A stretch of 59,539 bases of DNA from Alphaproteobacteria bacterium (GTDB taxonomy: Bacteria; Pseudomonadota; Alphaproteobacteria; SHVZ01): assembly GCA_016869375.1 (NCBI GenBank), contig VGEH01000006.1:1-59539 (forward strand). Direction: 5' to 3'. A program made the translations under genes and the position numbers. The notes beneath the pieces were generated by a model, which ran no database searches, was not told where the DNA came from, and worked only from the letters and a program-made list of their open reading frames with translations. Positions 1 through 14,174 of this stretch are shown here, in pieces. Position 1 is the stretch's first letter; the number at the start of each line of letters is the position of its first letter.

Positions 1-127
1 ACTGTCAACATCCCCGCCACCCGTCTCACCAAAAACGGGCAGCTTGCCGATCACCAACAAAATCAGGGGGTCAATATTCAACGCCGATCACCCCCAAAAC
101 GGGGTCAATATTCCACGCCGATTCACA
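1..127 (-). mobile_element. IS21-family insertion sequence, left end (element continues beyond the window start)
   Basis: The minus strand reads TGTGAATCGGCGTGGAATATTGACCCC..GATCGGCGTTGAATATTGACCCC..GATCGGC. This has a TGT terminus and tandem internal repeats typical of IS21 ends. It finishes with ATG TTG ACA GT (MLTV, an istA-like start at 11). It is the exact reverse complement of 59413-59539. Confidence 0.8.
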
Positions 128-499
128 GTGGGTGACGCGCGGCGTGTTGGTGAAGTTCGTGTGGATGACGAAGCGCTGCGTGTCGCAGACGATCAGCAGC
201 GGCGGGTTCTCCAGCGCCGGGGCGTATTGCTGGAGCTGGGCATAGGCCGCGGTCAGGTCGGCATGCTTCTTCTTGTATTCCCAGCCGAAGCAGCCGCGCT
301 TCCACACATCCGCCCAGCCCTGGCGGCCGGTCGTCTTCTCCGCGCCCTTCTCGAAGCAGTAGTTCGCGCCCTCGGTATCCACCTCATAGGGCGCCGGCAC
401 GTCGAGCAGCTTGCAGAGGTCGTTGAAATGCGACTGGTAGGATTGTCGCTCGGTCAGCGGCGTGTTCCGCCACTTGTCCTTGAACTCTTCCGGCGTCAT
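128..499 (-). pseudogene. MmeI-like type IIL restriction-modification enzyme, N-terminal nuclease part, interrupted by the IS
   Basis: ERQSYQSHFNDLCKLL, FEKGA, WADVWKRGCFGWEYK (PD-ExK-like) and LQQYAPALENPPLLIVCD match MmeI-family N-termini. Native sequence stops at residue 124, and the ORF then runs into IS sequence (CESAWNIDPV...). Confidence 0.8.
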
Positions 500-708
500 C
501 CGGTGGCGATCCGGCGCCTCGATGCCTTCCTGCGAGCGGCGAACTCGGCTTCGACCTCCTCGCCCGGCACAAGCCGCCCCGCGGTTGCGTCATCAAGCCC
601 GGCCTGCACCCGACGCCGAAACCAGGCGTCATGCTCGGCCGCAGCGGTATCGTGATCCTTGCTCACGGTACTCGCGCCGAACCCGACGTCGATACGCTTC
701 CTCGACAT
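496..708 (-). CDS. Small antitoxin/stability-determinant-like protein (70 aa)
   Basis: EHDAWFRRRVQAGLDDATAGRLVPGEEVEAEFAARR resembles the C-terminal part of CopG/RelB-type antitoxins. Its stop overlaps the downstream start (ATGA). Confidence 0.6.
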   Translation of the reverse strand: MSRKRIDVGFGASTVSKDHDTAAAEHDAWFRRRVQAGLDDATAGRLVPGEEVEAEFAARRKASRRRIATG

Positions 709-800
709 GAAGCCGCCCCACCGCAACTCTTGCGCGCAGCATCTCACATTCATCGGAGAGGCGAGAGCATGTTGAGCAGCGGCCGGAGGGGTTCTTTGTA

Positions 801-834
801 CCCCCTCCCCCGCGTACGACGCGGGAGAGAGGGA
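801..834. repeat. Intergenic palindrome resembling alphaproteobacterial CCCTCTCCC..GGGAGAGGG REP-like elements
   Basis: Imperfect hairpin CCCCCTCCCCCGCGT-ACG-ACGCGGGAGAGAGGGA. Confidence 0.45.
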
Positions 835-1057
835 CGAAAGGGACATTGCGCCTTGAAGGCATCGCTGGTGCGGCCATCCGAAAATTTCAAGGTAAAAAAT
901 CGTCACTATGCGGAATTTAGTCCTTGCCAGGGAGGCCGGTTTTTGACAGGATGCGGGCTACTGGTCAGAGGTGGGCGCGGCGGCGGGGTTCCCGGGTGAA
1001 CGGGGGGCCCAAGCCGGGTAACGTCTTCCTCGCCGCCCCTTCCTCAGGACGCCGACC

Positions 1058-1852
1058 ATGAAGCTGCCCGCCGCCGACGTCGCCCGTTTCCAGGAGCAGG
1101 GGTTCCTGGTCTACCCGGATCTCTTCTCGAAGGAAGAAGTCGCGATCCTCAAGGGCGAGGTGCCTCAGCTCTATGCCGAGCGGCGGCCGGAGAATGTGCG
1201 CGAGAAGACCGGCGACGTGGTCCGCACCAATTTCGCCGCGCACACCTACAACCCGGTCTACCGCGCGCTCTCGCGCCATCCGCGCATGATCGATCCGGCG
1301 GTTCAGCTCCTGGGCGGGCCAGTCTACATCCATCAGCACAAGATCAACGGCAAGGCCGCCTTCGACGGCGATGTCTGGCAGTGGCACCAGGACTACGGCA
1401 CCTGGAAGAACGACGACGACATGCCGAACTGCCACGCGATGAACCTCGCGATCTTTCTCGACGAGGTGAACGAGTTCAACGGGCCCCTGATGTTCATCCC
1501 CGGCAGCCATCGCGAAGGCGTGCTCAAGGCCGGCCACGACCTGACCACCACCAGCTACCCGCTCTGGACCATCGACCACGCGACGATCCGGAAGCTGGTC
1601 GAGCGCGGCGGCATCGTCGCGCCGAAGGGCGGGCCGGGCACCGCGCTCTTCTTCCACGGCAACCTCGTCCACGGCTCGACCTCGAACATGTCGCCCTGGG
1701 ACCGGCTGATCGTCTATGTCAGCGCCAATCGCGTCGACAACGCGATCCGCCGCTTCAAGCGGCCGGAATACATCGCGCATCGCGACTTCACGCCGATCGA
1801 GACGCTGGCCGACGATTGCCTGATGCAGTTCCGCCGGAAGGCGGCGGAGTAG
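1058..1852 (+). CDS. Fe(II)/2-oxoglutarate dioxygenase, PhyH family (L-proline trans-4-hydroxylase/EctD-like)
   Basis: HQHKINGK, WQWHQDYGTW (HxD), NGPLMFIPGSH and HGSTSNMSPWDR (distal His and 2OG-binding Arg). Confidence 0.85.
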   Translation: MKLPAADVARFQEQGFLVYPDLFSKEEVAILKGEVPQLYAERRPENVREKTGDVVRTNFAAHTYNPVYRALSRHPRMIDPAVQLLGGPVYIHQHKINGKAAFDGDVWQWHQDYGTWKNDDDMPNCHAMNLAIFLDEVNEFNGPLMFIPGSHREGVLKAGHDLTTTSYPLWTIDHATIRKLVERGGIVAPKGGPGTALFFHGNLVHGSTSNMSPWDRLIVYVSANRVDNAIRRFKRPEYIAHRDFTPIETLADDCLMQFRRKAAE

Positions 1853-1856
1853 CGCC

Positions 1857-3236
1857 ATGAACCTCTACGCTCTCCTCAACAAGCGCGCCGCCGCCGGGAA
1901 GCCGGTGCGCGTCGGCCTGATCGGCGCCGGCAAGTTCGGCTCGATGTTCCTGGCCCAGGCGCTGACCACGCCGGGGATGCACATCGCCGCGATCGCCGAT
2001 CTGAAGCGCGATCGCGCCGCGGCATCGCTGACCCGCGTCGGCTGGAAGCCCGAGCAGTTCGCCGCTTCCTCGCTCGCCGATGCCGTCGCCAGGGGCACGA
2101 CCTGGCTCACCGAAGATTCGATGACGATGATCGCGGGTGACGGCATCGAGGTGATCATCGACGCCACCGGCTCGCCGCCGGCCGGCATCGCCCATGCGCG
2201 CGCCGCCTTCGCTTCCGGCAAGCACGTCGTCATGGTGAACGTCGAAGCCGATGCGCTGGTCGGCCCCATGCTGGCGCGCGAAGCCGAGAAGGCCGGCGTC
2301 GTCTATTCGCTCGCCTATGGCGACCAGCCGGCCCTGATCGCCGAGATGGTCGACTGGGCGCGCGCTTCCGGCTTCGAGGTGACGGCGGCCGGCAAGGGCA
2401 CCAAGTACCTGCCGATCTATCACGGCTCGACGCCGGAATCGGTGTGGCAGCACTACGGCTTCTCCCGCGAGCAGGTGGCGAGCGGCGAGCTCAATGCGCA
2501 GATGTTCAACTCCTTCATCGACGGCACCAAGTCGGCGATCGAGATGACGGCGGTCGCCAACGCCACCGGCCTCTCGGCGCCCTCCGACGGGCTCCTGTTT
2601 CCGCCCTGCGGCGTCGACGATCTCGCCCATGTGCTCAGGCCGAAGTCGCATGGCGGCGTGCTCGAGGGCAAAGGCAAGGTCGAGGTGATCTCCTCGCTCG
2701 AGCGCGACGGCCGCCCGGTCTTCCGCGATCTCCGCTGGGGCGTCTATGTCGTCTTCGAGGGCGCCACCGGCTATGTTCGCGACTGCTTCAAGCAGTACGG
2801 GCTCGTGACCGATGGCACCGGCCGCTACACCGCGATGTACAAGCCCTATCACCTGATCGGCCTCGAGCTCGGCATCTCGGTCGCTTCCGCCGCGTTGCGC
2901 CGCGAGCCGACCGGCGTCGCCACCGGCTTCCGCGCGGATGCGGTCGCGACCGCCAAGCGCGATCTCGCCGCCGGCGAGGTTCTCGACGGCGAGGGCGGCT
3001 ACACGGTCTGGGGCAAATGCCTGCCGGCGGAACGCTCGCTCAGCGAGGGCGCGTTGCCGATCGGCCTCGCGCATGGCCTCAAGCTCAAGCGCGCGGTCAA
3101 GGCCGGCAGCGTCGTCGGCTGGGCCGATGTCGCGACCGAGAACGCGTCGGGCCTCATGGCGGAAGCGATCCGCGCGCGCCGCCAGATGGAGGAGACGGCG
3201 CGGACCGAGCGCGGCACCGCCCGCGCCGCGCAATAG
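1857..3236 (+). CDS. NAD(P)-dependent oxidoreductase with C-terminal SAF domain (homoserine dehydrogenase-like, COG4091 type)
   Basis: GLIGAGKFG Rossmann motif, HVVMVNVEAD, YGDQPA, DGTKSAIEM and the SAF segment AKRDLAAGEVLDGEGGYTVWG. Confidence 0.85.
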   Translation: MNLYALLNKRAAAGKPVRVGLIGAGKFGSMFLAQALTTPGMHIAAIADLKRDRAAASLTRVGWKPEQFAASSLADAVARGTTWLTEDSMTMIAGDGIEVIIDATGSPPAGIAHARAAFASGKHVVMVNVEADALVGPMLAREAEKAGVVYSLAYGDQPALIAEMVDWARASGFEVTAAGKGTKYLPIYHGSTPESVWQHYGFSREQVASGELNAQMFNSFIDGTKSAIEMTAVANATGLSAPSDGLLFPPCGVDDLAHVLRPKSHGGVLEGKGKVEVISSLERDGRPVFRDLRWGVYVVFEGATGYVRDCFKQYGLVTDGTGRYTAMYKPYHLIGLELGISVASAALRREPTGVATGFRADAVATAKRDLAAGEVLDGEGGYTVWGKCLPAERSLSEGALPIGLAHGLKLKRAVKAGSVVGWADVATENASGLMAEAIRARRQMEETARTERGTARAAQ

Positions 3237-3239
3237 GTC

Positions 3240-3677
3240 TCAGCCGAGGTTCTGGCCGATCCAGCGGCGGAGATCGCCGGCGCCCATCGCGCCCGACTGG
3301 CGCGCGATCTCGCGGCCGCCCTTGAACAGGATCAGCGTCGGGATCGCCTGGATGCGATAGCGCTGGGCGAGGGCCGGCTCGGCGTCCGTGTCGACCTTGG
3401 CGAGTCGGGCCTCGGGCTCGATTTCCGCGGCTGCCGCTTCGAAGGTCGGGGCCATCGCCCGGCAGGGTCCGCACCATTGCGCCCAGAAATCGACGACGAG
3501 CGGCAGGTCCGCCGAGGCCGCGTGCTTGTCGAAGCGCGCGGTCGACAGCGCGACCGGCTTCCCGGGGAACAACGCCTTGCCGCAGCTTCCGCATTTGCCG
3601 CCTTCCGCGAGCCGGTCGACGGGCACACGATTGAGCGTGTCGCAGCTCGGGCAGGGGATGATCCTGGACTCGGTCAT
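3240..3677 (-). CDS. trxC: Thioredoxin 2 (TrxC) with N-terminal zinc finger
   Basis: CPSC..CGSC zinc ligands and the WCGPC active site. Start taken at MTESRII. Confidence 0.9.
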   Translation of the reverse strand: MTESRIIPCPSCDTLNRVPVDRLAEGGKCGSCGKALFPGKPVALSTARFDKHAASADLPLVVDFWAQWCGPCRAMAPTFEAAAAEIEPEARLAKVDTDAEPALAQRYRIQAIPTLILFKGGREIARQSGAMGAGDLRRWIGQNLG

Positions 3678-3778
3678 GGCTTTTTTCTCCTCGTCGGAGA
3701 TGGGTTGCGCGCTTCCCGATACCAAGGTCTGAAAGGCGGAGAGTTGAGCGAAGTTCCAAGGCGCGCTATCAGGCACAC

Positions 3779-4906
3779 ATGACAGCGGCCTCCTATGCCG
3801 AAGTATCGGCCGGGTTAGATGCCCAGGTCGCCTCCGGCAAGCTGAAACCGGACCCTGACCAAGCCGAGATCGCCCGGCGCCTCGACCGCTTGGACGAGGA
3901 GCTGACGCAATCGGAAGGCGGCGGGGGCACGGGATGGGGCGCGCGTCTCTTCGGCAAGAAGCCGACCGAGGTGCCGCGCGGCGTCTATCTCTGGGGCGGC
4001 GTCGGCCGCGGCAAGTCGATGCTGATGGATCTGTTCTTCGCGCAGGTGCGCATCGCGAAGAAGCGCCGCGTGCATTTCCACGAGTTCATGCAGGAATGCC
4101 ACGAGCGCATCCATCGCTGGCGCCAGACCAACAAGGTGTCCAAGACCTCGGAGCCGATCCGGCCGCTGGCACGCCAGATCGCCGACGAGGCGAAGCTGCT
4201 CTGCTTCGATGAGTTCCAGGTCCATGACATCGCCGACGCGATGATCCTGGGTCGTCTCTTCTTCGCGCTGTTCGAGCTCAACGTCGTCGTGGTGGCCACT
4301 TCCAACCGGCCGCCCGACGATCTCTACAAGGGCGGGCTGCAGCGCGAGCTGTTCGTGCCCTTCATCAAGCTCATCCAGCAGAAGCTCGATGTTCTATCGC
4401 TGGATGGTCGGACGGACTATCGCCTCGCGCGGCTCGGACGCATGGCGGTCTACCACAAGCCCAACGGGCCCGAGGCGCATGAGGCGCTGGAAGAGGCGTT
4501 CCGCCGGCTGACCCTGGGCGTTCTGGCGCACGCCGAGCAGATCACCGTGAAAGGGCGCATCGTCCCGGTGCCCCGCACGGCCGAGGGCGTCGCCTGGTTC
4601 GGTTTCGCCGATCTCTGCGAGCAGGCGCTCGGCGCCGGTGACTATCTCGCCATCGCGCGCCGCTATCACACCGTGATCCTGGAAGGCATTCCTGAGATGA
4701 ATGCCGAGAGCCGCGACAAGGCCAAGCGCTTCGTCACCCTGATCGACGCGCTCTATGAGCGGAAGGTGAACCTGATCTCCTCGGCGGCCACCGATCCCGA
4801 GCTTCTCTACCCGATGGGCGAAGGCGCGTTCGAATTCCAGCGCACGGTCTCGCGGCTGGAAGAGATGCAGTCCGCCGAGTACCAGGCGCAGCCGCATCTG
4901 AAATAG
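3779..4906 (+). CDS. zapE: Cell division ATPase ZapE (AFG1 family)
   Basis: GVYLWGGVGRGKS Walker A, RVHFHEFM, CFDEFQV and TSNRPP. It lies upstream of mdh-suc as is usual. Confidence 0.92.
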   Translation: MTAASYAEVSAGLDAQVASGKLKPDPDQAEIARRLDRLDEELTQSEGGGGTGWGARLFGKKPTEVPRGVYLWGGVGRGKSMLMDLFFAQVRIAKKRRVHFHEFMQECHERIHRWRQTNKVSKTSEPIRPLARQIADEAKLLCFDEFQVHDIADAMILGRLFFALFELNVVVVATSNRPPDDLYKGGLQRELFVPFIKLIQQKLDVLSLDGRTDYRLARLGRMAVYHKPNGPEAHEALEEAFRRLTLGVLAHAEQITVKGRIVPVPRTAEGVAWFGFADLCEQALGAGDYLAIARRYHTVILEGIPEMNAESRDKAKRFVTLIDALYERKVNLISSAATDPELLYPMGEGAFEFQRTVSRLEEMQSAEYQAQPHLK

Positions 4907-4913
4907 GCGCACC

Positions 4914-6529
<1,616 letters not shown>

Positions 6530-6557
6530 TCCCCTTCACTCAAGTGGACGCTCTTGC

Positions 6558-7726
<1,169 letters not shown>

Positions 7727-7727
<1 letters not shown>

Positions 7728-8605
7728 TGGCGGTCCTCGTCGGACGCGATACGCGCGTCATCTGCCAGGGCTTCACCGGCGCCCAGGGCACCTTCCATTC
7801 CGAGCAGGCGATCGCCTACGGCACCAAGATGGTCGGCGGCGTGACGCCCGGCAAGGGCGGCACCAAGCACCTCAACCTGCCGGTCTTCGACACGGTCGAC
7901 CAGGCCGTGGCCGAGACCAAGGCCGACGCTTCCGTGATCTACGTGCCGCCGCCCTTCGCCGCGGACGCGATCCTGGAGGCGATCGACGCCGGGCTCCCGC
8001 TCGTCATCTGCATCACCGAGGGCATCCCGGTCCTCGACATGGTCAAGGTCAAGCGGGCGCTCTCGGGCTCGAAGACGCGGCTGATCGGCCCCAACTGCCC
8101 CGGCGTGATCACGCCCGGCGAGTGCAAGATCGGCATCATGCCCGGGCACATCCACAAGCCCGGCAAGATCGGCATCGTCTCGCGCTCCGGCACGCTCACT
8201 TACGAAGCGGTCGGCCAGACCACGGCCGCGGGCCTCGGCCAGACGACCTGCATCGGGATCGGCGGCGATCCGGTCAACGGCACCAACTTCATCGACTGCC
8301 TCGACATGTTCTTAGGGGATGACGCGACCCAGGGCATCATCATGATCGGCGAGATCGGCGGCACCGCCGAAGAGGACGCGGCGGACTTCCTCAAGAAGGC
8401 CAAGAAGAAAAAGCCGATGGTCGGGTTCATCGCCGGACTCACTGCACCGCCCGGCCGGCGCATGGGCCATGCCGGGGCGATCATCTCCGGCGGCAAGGGA
8501 GGCGCCGGCGACAAGATCGAGGCGATGCGCTCCGCCGGCATCCGGGTTACCGAGTCGCCCGCAGCGCTCGGCTCCACCATGGTCGAGGTCTTGAAGGGGG
8601 CCTGA
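7727..8605 (+). CDS. sucD: Succinyl-CoA synthetase alpha subunit
   Basis: QGFTG..GTFHS, GPNCPG and RMGHAGA (phospho-His). Confidence 0.97.
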
Positions 8606-8664
8606 TATCGGCCCCACCTAAGGGAGCGCGACGGTCCTTAAAGGCCGGTCGCGTCGAGGACGAT

Positions 8665-11520
8665 ATGGCAGGCGGATTAGAAGCAACCTTCCTCAGCGGA
8701 GCGAACGCGCCGTTCATCGCCGAGATGCACGAGCGCTTTATCGAAGACCCGAATTCGGTCGACGAGAGCTGGCGCACGCTGTTCGGCGCGCTCACCGACG
8801 AGCCGGCGGCCGTCGTCTCCGAAGTCAAAGGCGCTTCGTGGAAGCCGCGGTCCAGCCGCATCATCGGCAACGGCCACGACATGGCCGCGGCCGGAGTCGT
8901 CAAGAAGGGCGCCAGCGAGACCGAGGTCCGCGCCGCGGCCGTCGACTCCTTCCGCGCGCTGATGCTGATCCGCGCGTATCGCGAGCGCGGCCACTTGGCC
9001 GCCAATCTCGACCCGCTGGGCCTCGAGAAGCCGAAATACCACCCGGAGCTCGATCCCTCGACCTACGGCTTCGGCGACGCCGATTTCGACCGGTCGATCT
9101 TCGTCGCCGGGCAGCTGGGATTCGAGGCGGCGCCGCTCAAGCAGATCCTCGCGGCGGCGCAGGCGACCTACTGCGGCAATGTCGGCGTCGAGTACATGCA
9201 CATCACCGATCCGGCGCGCCGCGCCTGGATCCAGGAGCGCATCGAGGGCGAGCGCAACCACACCGATTTCACGCCTCGCGGCAAGAAGGCGATCCTCGGT
9301 CGCATGATCGCGGCCGAGACCTTCGAGCGCTTCTGCGGCGTCAAATGGGTCGGCACCAAGCGCTTCGGTCTCGACGGCGGCGAGGCGCTGATCCCGGGCC
9401 TCGAGCAGATCCTCAAGCGCGGTGGCCAGCTCGGCCTCAAGGACGTCGTGATCGGCATGCCGCATCGCGGCCGCCTCAACGTGCTCACCAACTTCATGAG
9501 CAAGCCGTTCAAGGCGCTGTTCTCGGAGTTCCAGGGCAACCCGGCGAACCCCGAGGAGGTGCAGGGCTCGGGCGACGTGAAGTACCACATGGGCACGTCC
9601 TCGGACCGCGAGTTCGACGGCAACGTCGTGCACCTGTCGCTGACCGCCAACCCCTCGCATCTCGAGGCGGTGAACCCCGTCGTCGAAGGCAAGGCCCGGG
9701 CGAAGCAGCAGCAGCTCGGCGACAAGGATCGCAAGCTGGTCCTGCCGCTGCTCCTCCATGGCGACGCGGCCTTCGCCGGCCAGGGTCTGGTGCCGGAGAC
9801 GCTGATGCTCTCCGAGCTCAAGGGCTACAAGACTGGCGGCACGCTGCACTTCATCGTCAACAACCAGATCGGCTTCACCACGGCGCCGAGCTTCTCCCGG
9901 TCCTCGCCCTATCCGTCGGACGTGGCGAAGATGGTCGATGCGCCGATCTTCCACGTCAACGGCGACGACCCGGAGGCGGTGGTGCATGTCTCGCGCATCG
10001 CCATCGAGTACCGCCAGCAATTCGGTTCGGACGTCGTCATCGACATGTTCTGCTACCGGCGCTTCGGCCACAACGAATCCGACGAGCCGATGTTCACCCA
10101 GCCGCTTATGTACAAGAAGATCGCGACGCAGCCGACCTCGCGCGAAATCTACGAGAGGCGGCTGATCGAGGAAGGCGTCGTCACCAAGGAAGAGGCCGAG
10201 GGCATGAACGCGGAGTTCCGCGACATGCTGGAGACCGAGTTCCAGGCCGCGACCGCCTATCGCCCGAACAAGGCCGACTGGCTCGAAGGCAAGTGGCTGG
10301 GTCTCGGCCTCGCCGCCAACGACGACCGCCGCGGCGACACCGCGGTCGAGATGGCGGCCCTGAAGGAGGTCGGCGCGGCGCTCTCGCGCTTCCCCGAGGG
10401 CTTCCAGGTAAACTCGAAGCTCGTGCGCCAGCTCGAAGCAAAGAAGAAGATGATCGAGACCGGCGAGGGCATCGACTGGGCGATGGGCGAGGCGCTCGCC
10501 TTCGGCACGCTCGCGATCGAAGGCGTGCCGGTCCGGCTTTCGGGCCAGGATTCGGGCCGCGGTACCTTCAGCCATCGCCACGCCGTTCTGGTCGACCAGA
10601 AGACCGAGCAGCGCTACATCCCACTGAACAACATCCGCGAGGGGCAGGCGACCTTCGAAGTGCATGACAGCCCGCTCTCCGAGCAGGCGGTCCTGGGCTT
10701 CGAATACGGCTACTCGCTTGCCGATCCCAACTCGCTCGTTCTCTGGGAGGCGCAGTTCGGCGACTTCGTCAACGGCGCGCAGATCATCATCGACCAGTTC
10801 ATCGCCGCCGGCGAGATCAAGTGGCTGCGCATGTCGGGCCTGGTGATGCTGCTGCCGCATGGTTACGAGGGCGCGGGGCCGGAGCACTCCTCGGCGCGCC
10901 TCGAGCGCTTCCTCCAGCTCTGCGGCGAAGACAACCTGCAGGTCGTCAACTGCACGACGCCCGCCAATTACTTCCACGCGCTTCGCCGTCAGCTGCGCCG
11001 GCCCTATCGCAAGCCGCTCATCGTCATGTCGCCGAAGTCGCTGCTCCGGCACAAGATGGTGGTCTCGAAGCTCTCGGAGATGGGCCCCGGCTCGACCTTC
11101 CACCGTCTCCTCTGGGATGACGGCGAGGTGGTCGCCGATGAGAAGATCAAGCGGATCGTGCTCTGCTCCGGCAAGATCTACTACGACCTCTACGCGGAGC
11201 GGGAGAAGCGCGGCGTCAAGGACATCTACCTGATGCGCCTCGAGCAGCTCTATCCGTTTCCGTTCAACGCGCTGACCAAGGAGCTGCAGCGCTTCCCAAA
11301 GGCGGATGTCGTCTGGTGCCAGGAAGAGCCGGAGAATGCCGGCGCCTGGTTCTTCGTCGACCGCCGCATCGAGCAGTGCATGGGCGAGGCCGGCCTCAAG
11401 GCGGGGCGGCCTATCTATGTCGGGCGCCCGACGGCGGCCGCGACCGCGACCGGCCTGCTGCGCCGGCATAATCGCGAGGAAGCCGAGCTCCTCAACCAGG
11501 CGCTCACGCTGAAGGCCTAG
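8665..11520 (+). CDS. sucA: 2-oxoglutarate dehydrogenase E1
   Basis: [25 protein letters not shown] (TPP binding), WEAQFGDF and GPEHSSAR. Confidence 0.97.
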   Translation: MAGGLEATFLSGANAPFIAEMHERFIEDPNSVDESWRTLFGALTDEPAAVVSEVKGASWKPRSSRIIGNGHDMAAAGVVKKGASETEVRAAAVDSFRALMLIRAYRERGHLAANLDPLGLEKPKYHPELDPSTYGFGDADFDRSIFVAGQLGFEAAPLKQILAAAQATYCGNVGVEYMHITDPARRAWIQERIEGERNHTDFTPRGKKAILGRMIAAETFERFCGVKWVGTKRFGLDGGEALIPGLEQILKRGGQLGLKDVVIGMPHRGRLNVLTNFMSKPFKALFSEFQGNPANPEEVQGSGDVKYHMGTSSDREFDGNVVHLSLTANPSHLEAVNPVVEGKARAKQQQLGDKDRKLVLPLLLHGDAAFAGQGLVPETLMLSELKGYKTGGTLHFIVNNQIGFTTAPSFSRSSPYPSDVAKMVDAPIFHVNGDDPEAVVHVSRIAIEYRQQFGSDVVIDMFCYRRFGHNESDEPMFTQPLMYKKIATQPTSREIYERRLIEEGVVTKEEAEGMNAEFRDMLETEFQAATAYRPNKADWLEGKWLGLGLAANDDRRGDTAVEMAALKEVGAALSRFPEGFQVNSKLVRQLEAKKKMIETGEGIDWAMGEALAFGTLAIEGVPVRLSGQDSGRGTFSHRHAVLVDQKTEQRYIPLNNIREGQATFEVHDSPLSEQAVLGFEYGYSLADPNSLVLWEAQFGDFVNGAQIIIDQFIAAGEIKWLRMSGLVMLLPHGYEGAGPEHSSARLERFLQLCGEDNLQVVNCTTPANYFHALRRQLRRPYRKPLIVMSPKSLLRHKMVVSKLSEMGPGSTFHRLLWDDGEVVADEKIKRIVLCSGKIYYDLYAEREKRGVKDIYLMRLEQLYPFPFNALTKELQRFPKADVVWCQEEPENAGAWFFVDRRIEQCMGEAGLKAGRPIYVGRPTAAATATGLLRRHNREEAELLNQALTLKA

Positions 11521-11546
11521 AAGATCAGAAGAACCAAGAGGCGATC

Positions 11547-12764
11547 ATGGCGACCGAGATCAAGGTACCCGCGCTGGGCGAATCCGTGACCGAGGCGACC
11601 GTCGCCAAATGGCTGAAGAACGTCGGCGACGCCGTCGCCCGCGACGAGCCGCTGGTCGAGCTCGAGACCGACAAGGTGACGCTCGAGGTCAACGCGACCG
11701 CCGCCGGCACGCTCGGCGACATCGCCGCGCCGGCCGGTGCGACTGTCGAGGTCGGCGGCCTGCTCGGCACGATCACCGAGGGCGCGGGCGGGGCTGCGGC
11801 GAAGCCCGCGGCCAAGCCGGCTGCGGCTTCTGCACCGGCCGCGAAACCGTCCGCTCCCGCGCCGGCCGCCAAGCCTGCCGCTGCGGTCCAGCCTCTCTCG
11901 CCGTCCGTCCGCAAGATGGTCGAGGAGACCAAGGTCGACCCGTCGACGATCGCCGGCTCCGGGAAGGACGGGCGCCTGACCAAGGGCGACGTGATCGCGG
12001 CGCTCGAATCGAAGCCTGCTGCGGCCGCGGCACCTGCTGCTCCGCACAAGCCACGCGATCTCGGGCCGCGTGAAGAACGCGTGAAGATGACCCGCCTGAG
12101 GAAGCGCATCGCCGAGCGTCTCAAGCAGGCGCAGAACACAGCCGCCATGCTCACCACCTTCAACGAGGTGGACATGACTCATGTCATGGCGCTACGCGAA
12201 TCCTACAAGGAACACTTCGAGAAGCGCCACGGCGTGAAGCTCGGTTTCATGAGCTTCTTCGTGAAGGCCTGCCTCGCGGGCTTGAAGGAGCTGCCGGCGG
12301 TCAATGCGGAGATCGACGGCGACGACATCATCTACAAGAACCACTACGACATCGGCGTCGCCGTCGGCACCGAGCAGGGCCTGGTCGTGCCGGTGGTGCG
12401 CGATGCCGACCAGATGGGCTTCGCCGATATCGAGAAAACCATCAACGCGCTCGGCAAGAAGGCCCGCGACGGCAAGCTCTCGATCGAGGACCTGACCGGC
12501 GGCACCTTCACCATCTCGAATGGCGGCGTCTACGGCTCGCTACTGTCGACGCCGATCCTCAACCCGCCGCAGTCCGGCATCCTCGGCATGCACAAGATCC
12601 AGCAGCGGCCGATGGCGATCGGCGGCAAGGTCGAGGTGCGCCCGATGATGTATCTCGCCCTCTCCTACGACCACCGCATCATCGACGGCCGCGAGGCCGT
12701 GACCTTCCTGGTGCGCGTCAAGGAAGCGATCGAGGACCCGCAGCGCCTCCTTCTCGAGGTCTGA
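11547..12764 (+). CDS. sucB: Dihydrolipoamide succinyltransferase E2
   Basis: Lipoyl motif ETDKV, an Ala/Pro/Lys linker and catalytic DHRIIDG. Confidence 0.97.
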   Translation: MATEIKVPALGESVTEATVAKWLKNVGDAVARDEPLVELETDKVTLEVNATAAGTLGDIAAPAGATVEVGGLLGTITEGAGGAAAKPAAKPAAASAPAAKPSAPAPAAKPAAAVQPLSPSVRKMVEETKVDPSTIAGSGKDGRLTKGDVIAALESKPAAAAAPAAPHKPRDLGPREERVKMTRLRKRIAERLKQAQNTAAMLTTFNEVDMTHVMALRESYKEHFEKRHGVKLGFMSFFVKACLAGLKELPAVNAEIDGDDIIYKNHYDIGVAVGTEQGLVVPVVRDADQMGFADIEKTINALGKKARDGKLSIEDLTGGTFTISNGGVYGSLLSTPILNPPQSGILGMHKIQQRPMAIGGKVEVRPMMYLALSYDHRIIDGREAVTFLVRVKEAIEDPQRLLLEV

Positions 12765-12767
12765 TCC

Positions 12768-14170
<1,403 letters not shown>

Positions 14171-14174
<4 letters not shown>

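Noticed and set aside
46-123. Short repeat-spacer pattern resembling a mini CRISPR array
   Set aside because: There are only two full repeats with about 11-13 nt spacers and no cas genes. The pattern fits IS21 transposase-binding repeats.
44-655. ORFs beginning MPITNKIRGS (also 59137-59496) and ORF tails CESAWNIDPV
   Set aside because: These are chance frames running through the IS end sequence.
11785-11890. Repeated AAKPA-encoding sequence in sucB
   Set aside because: This is the ordinary flexible linker of E2 subunits.
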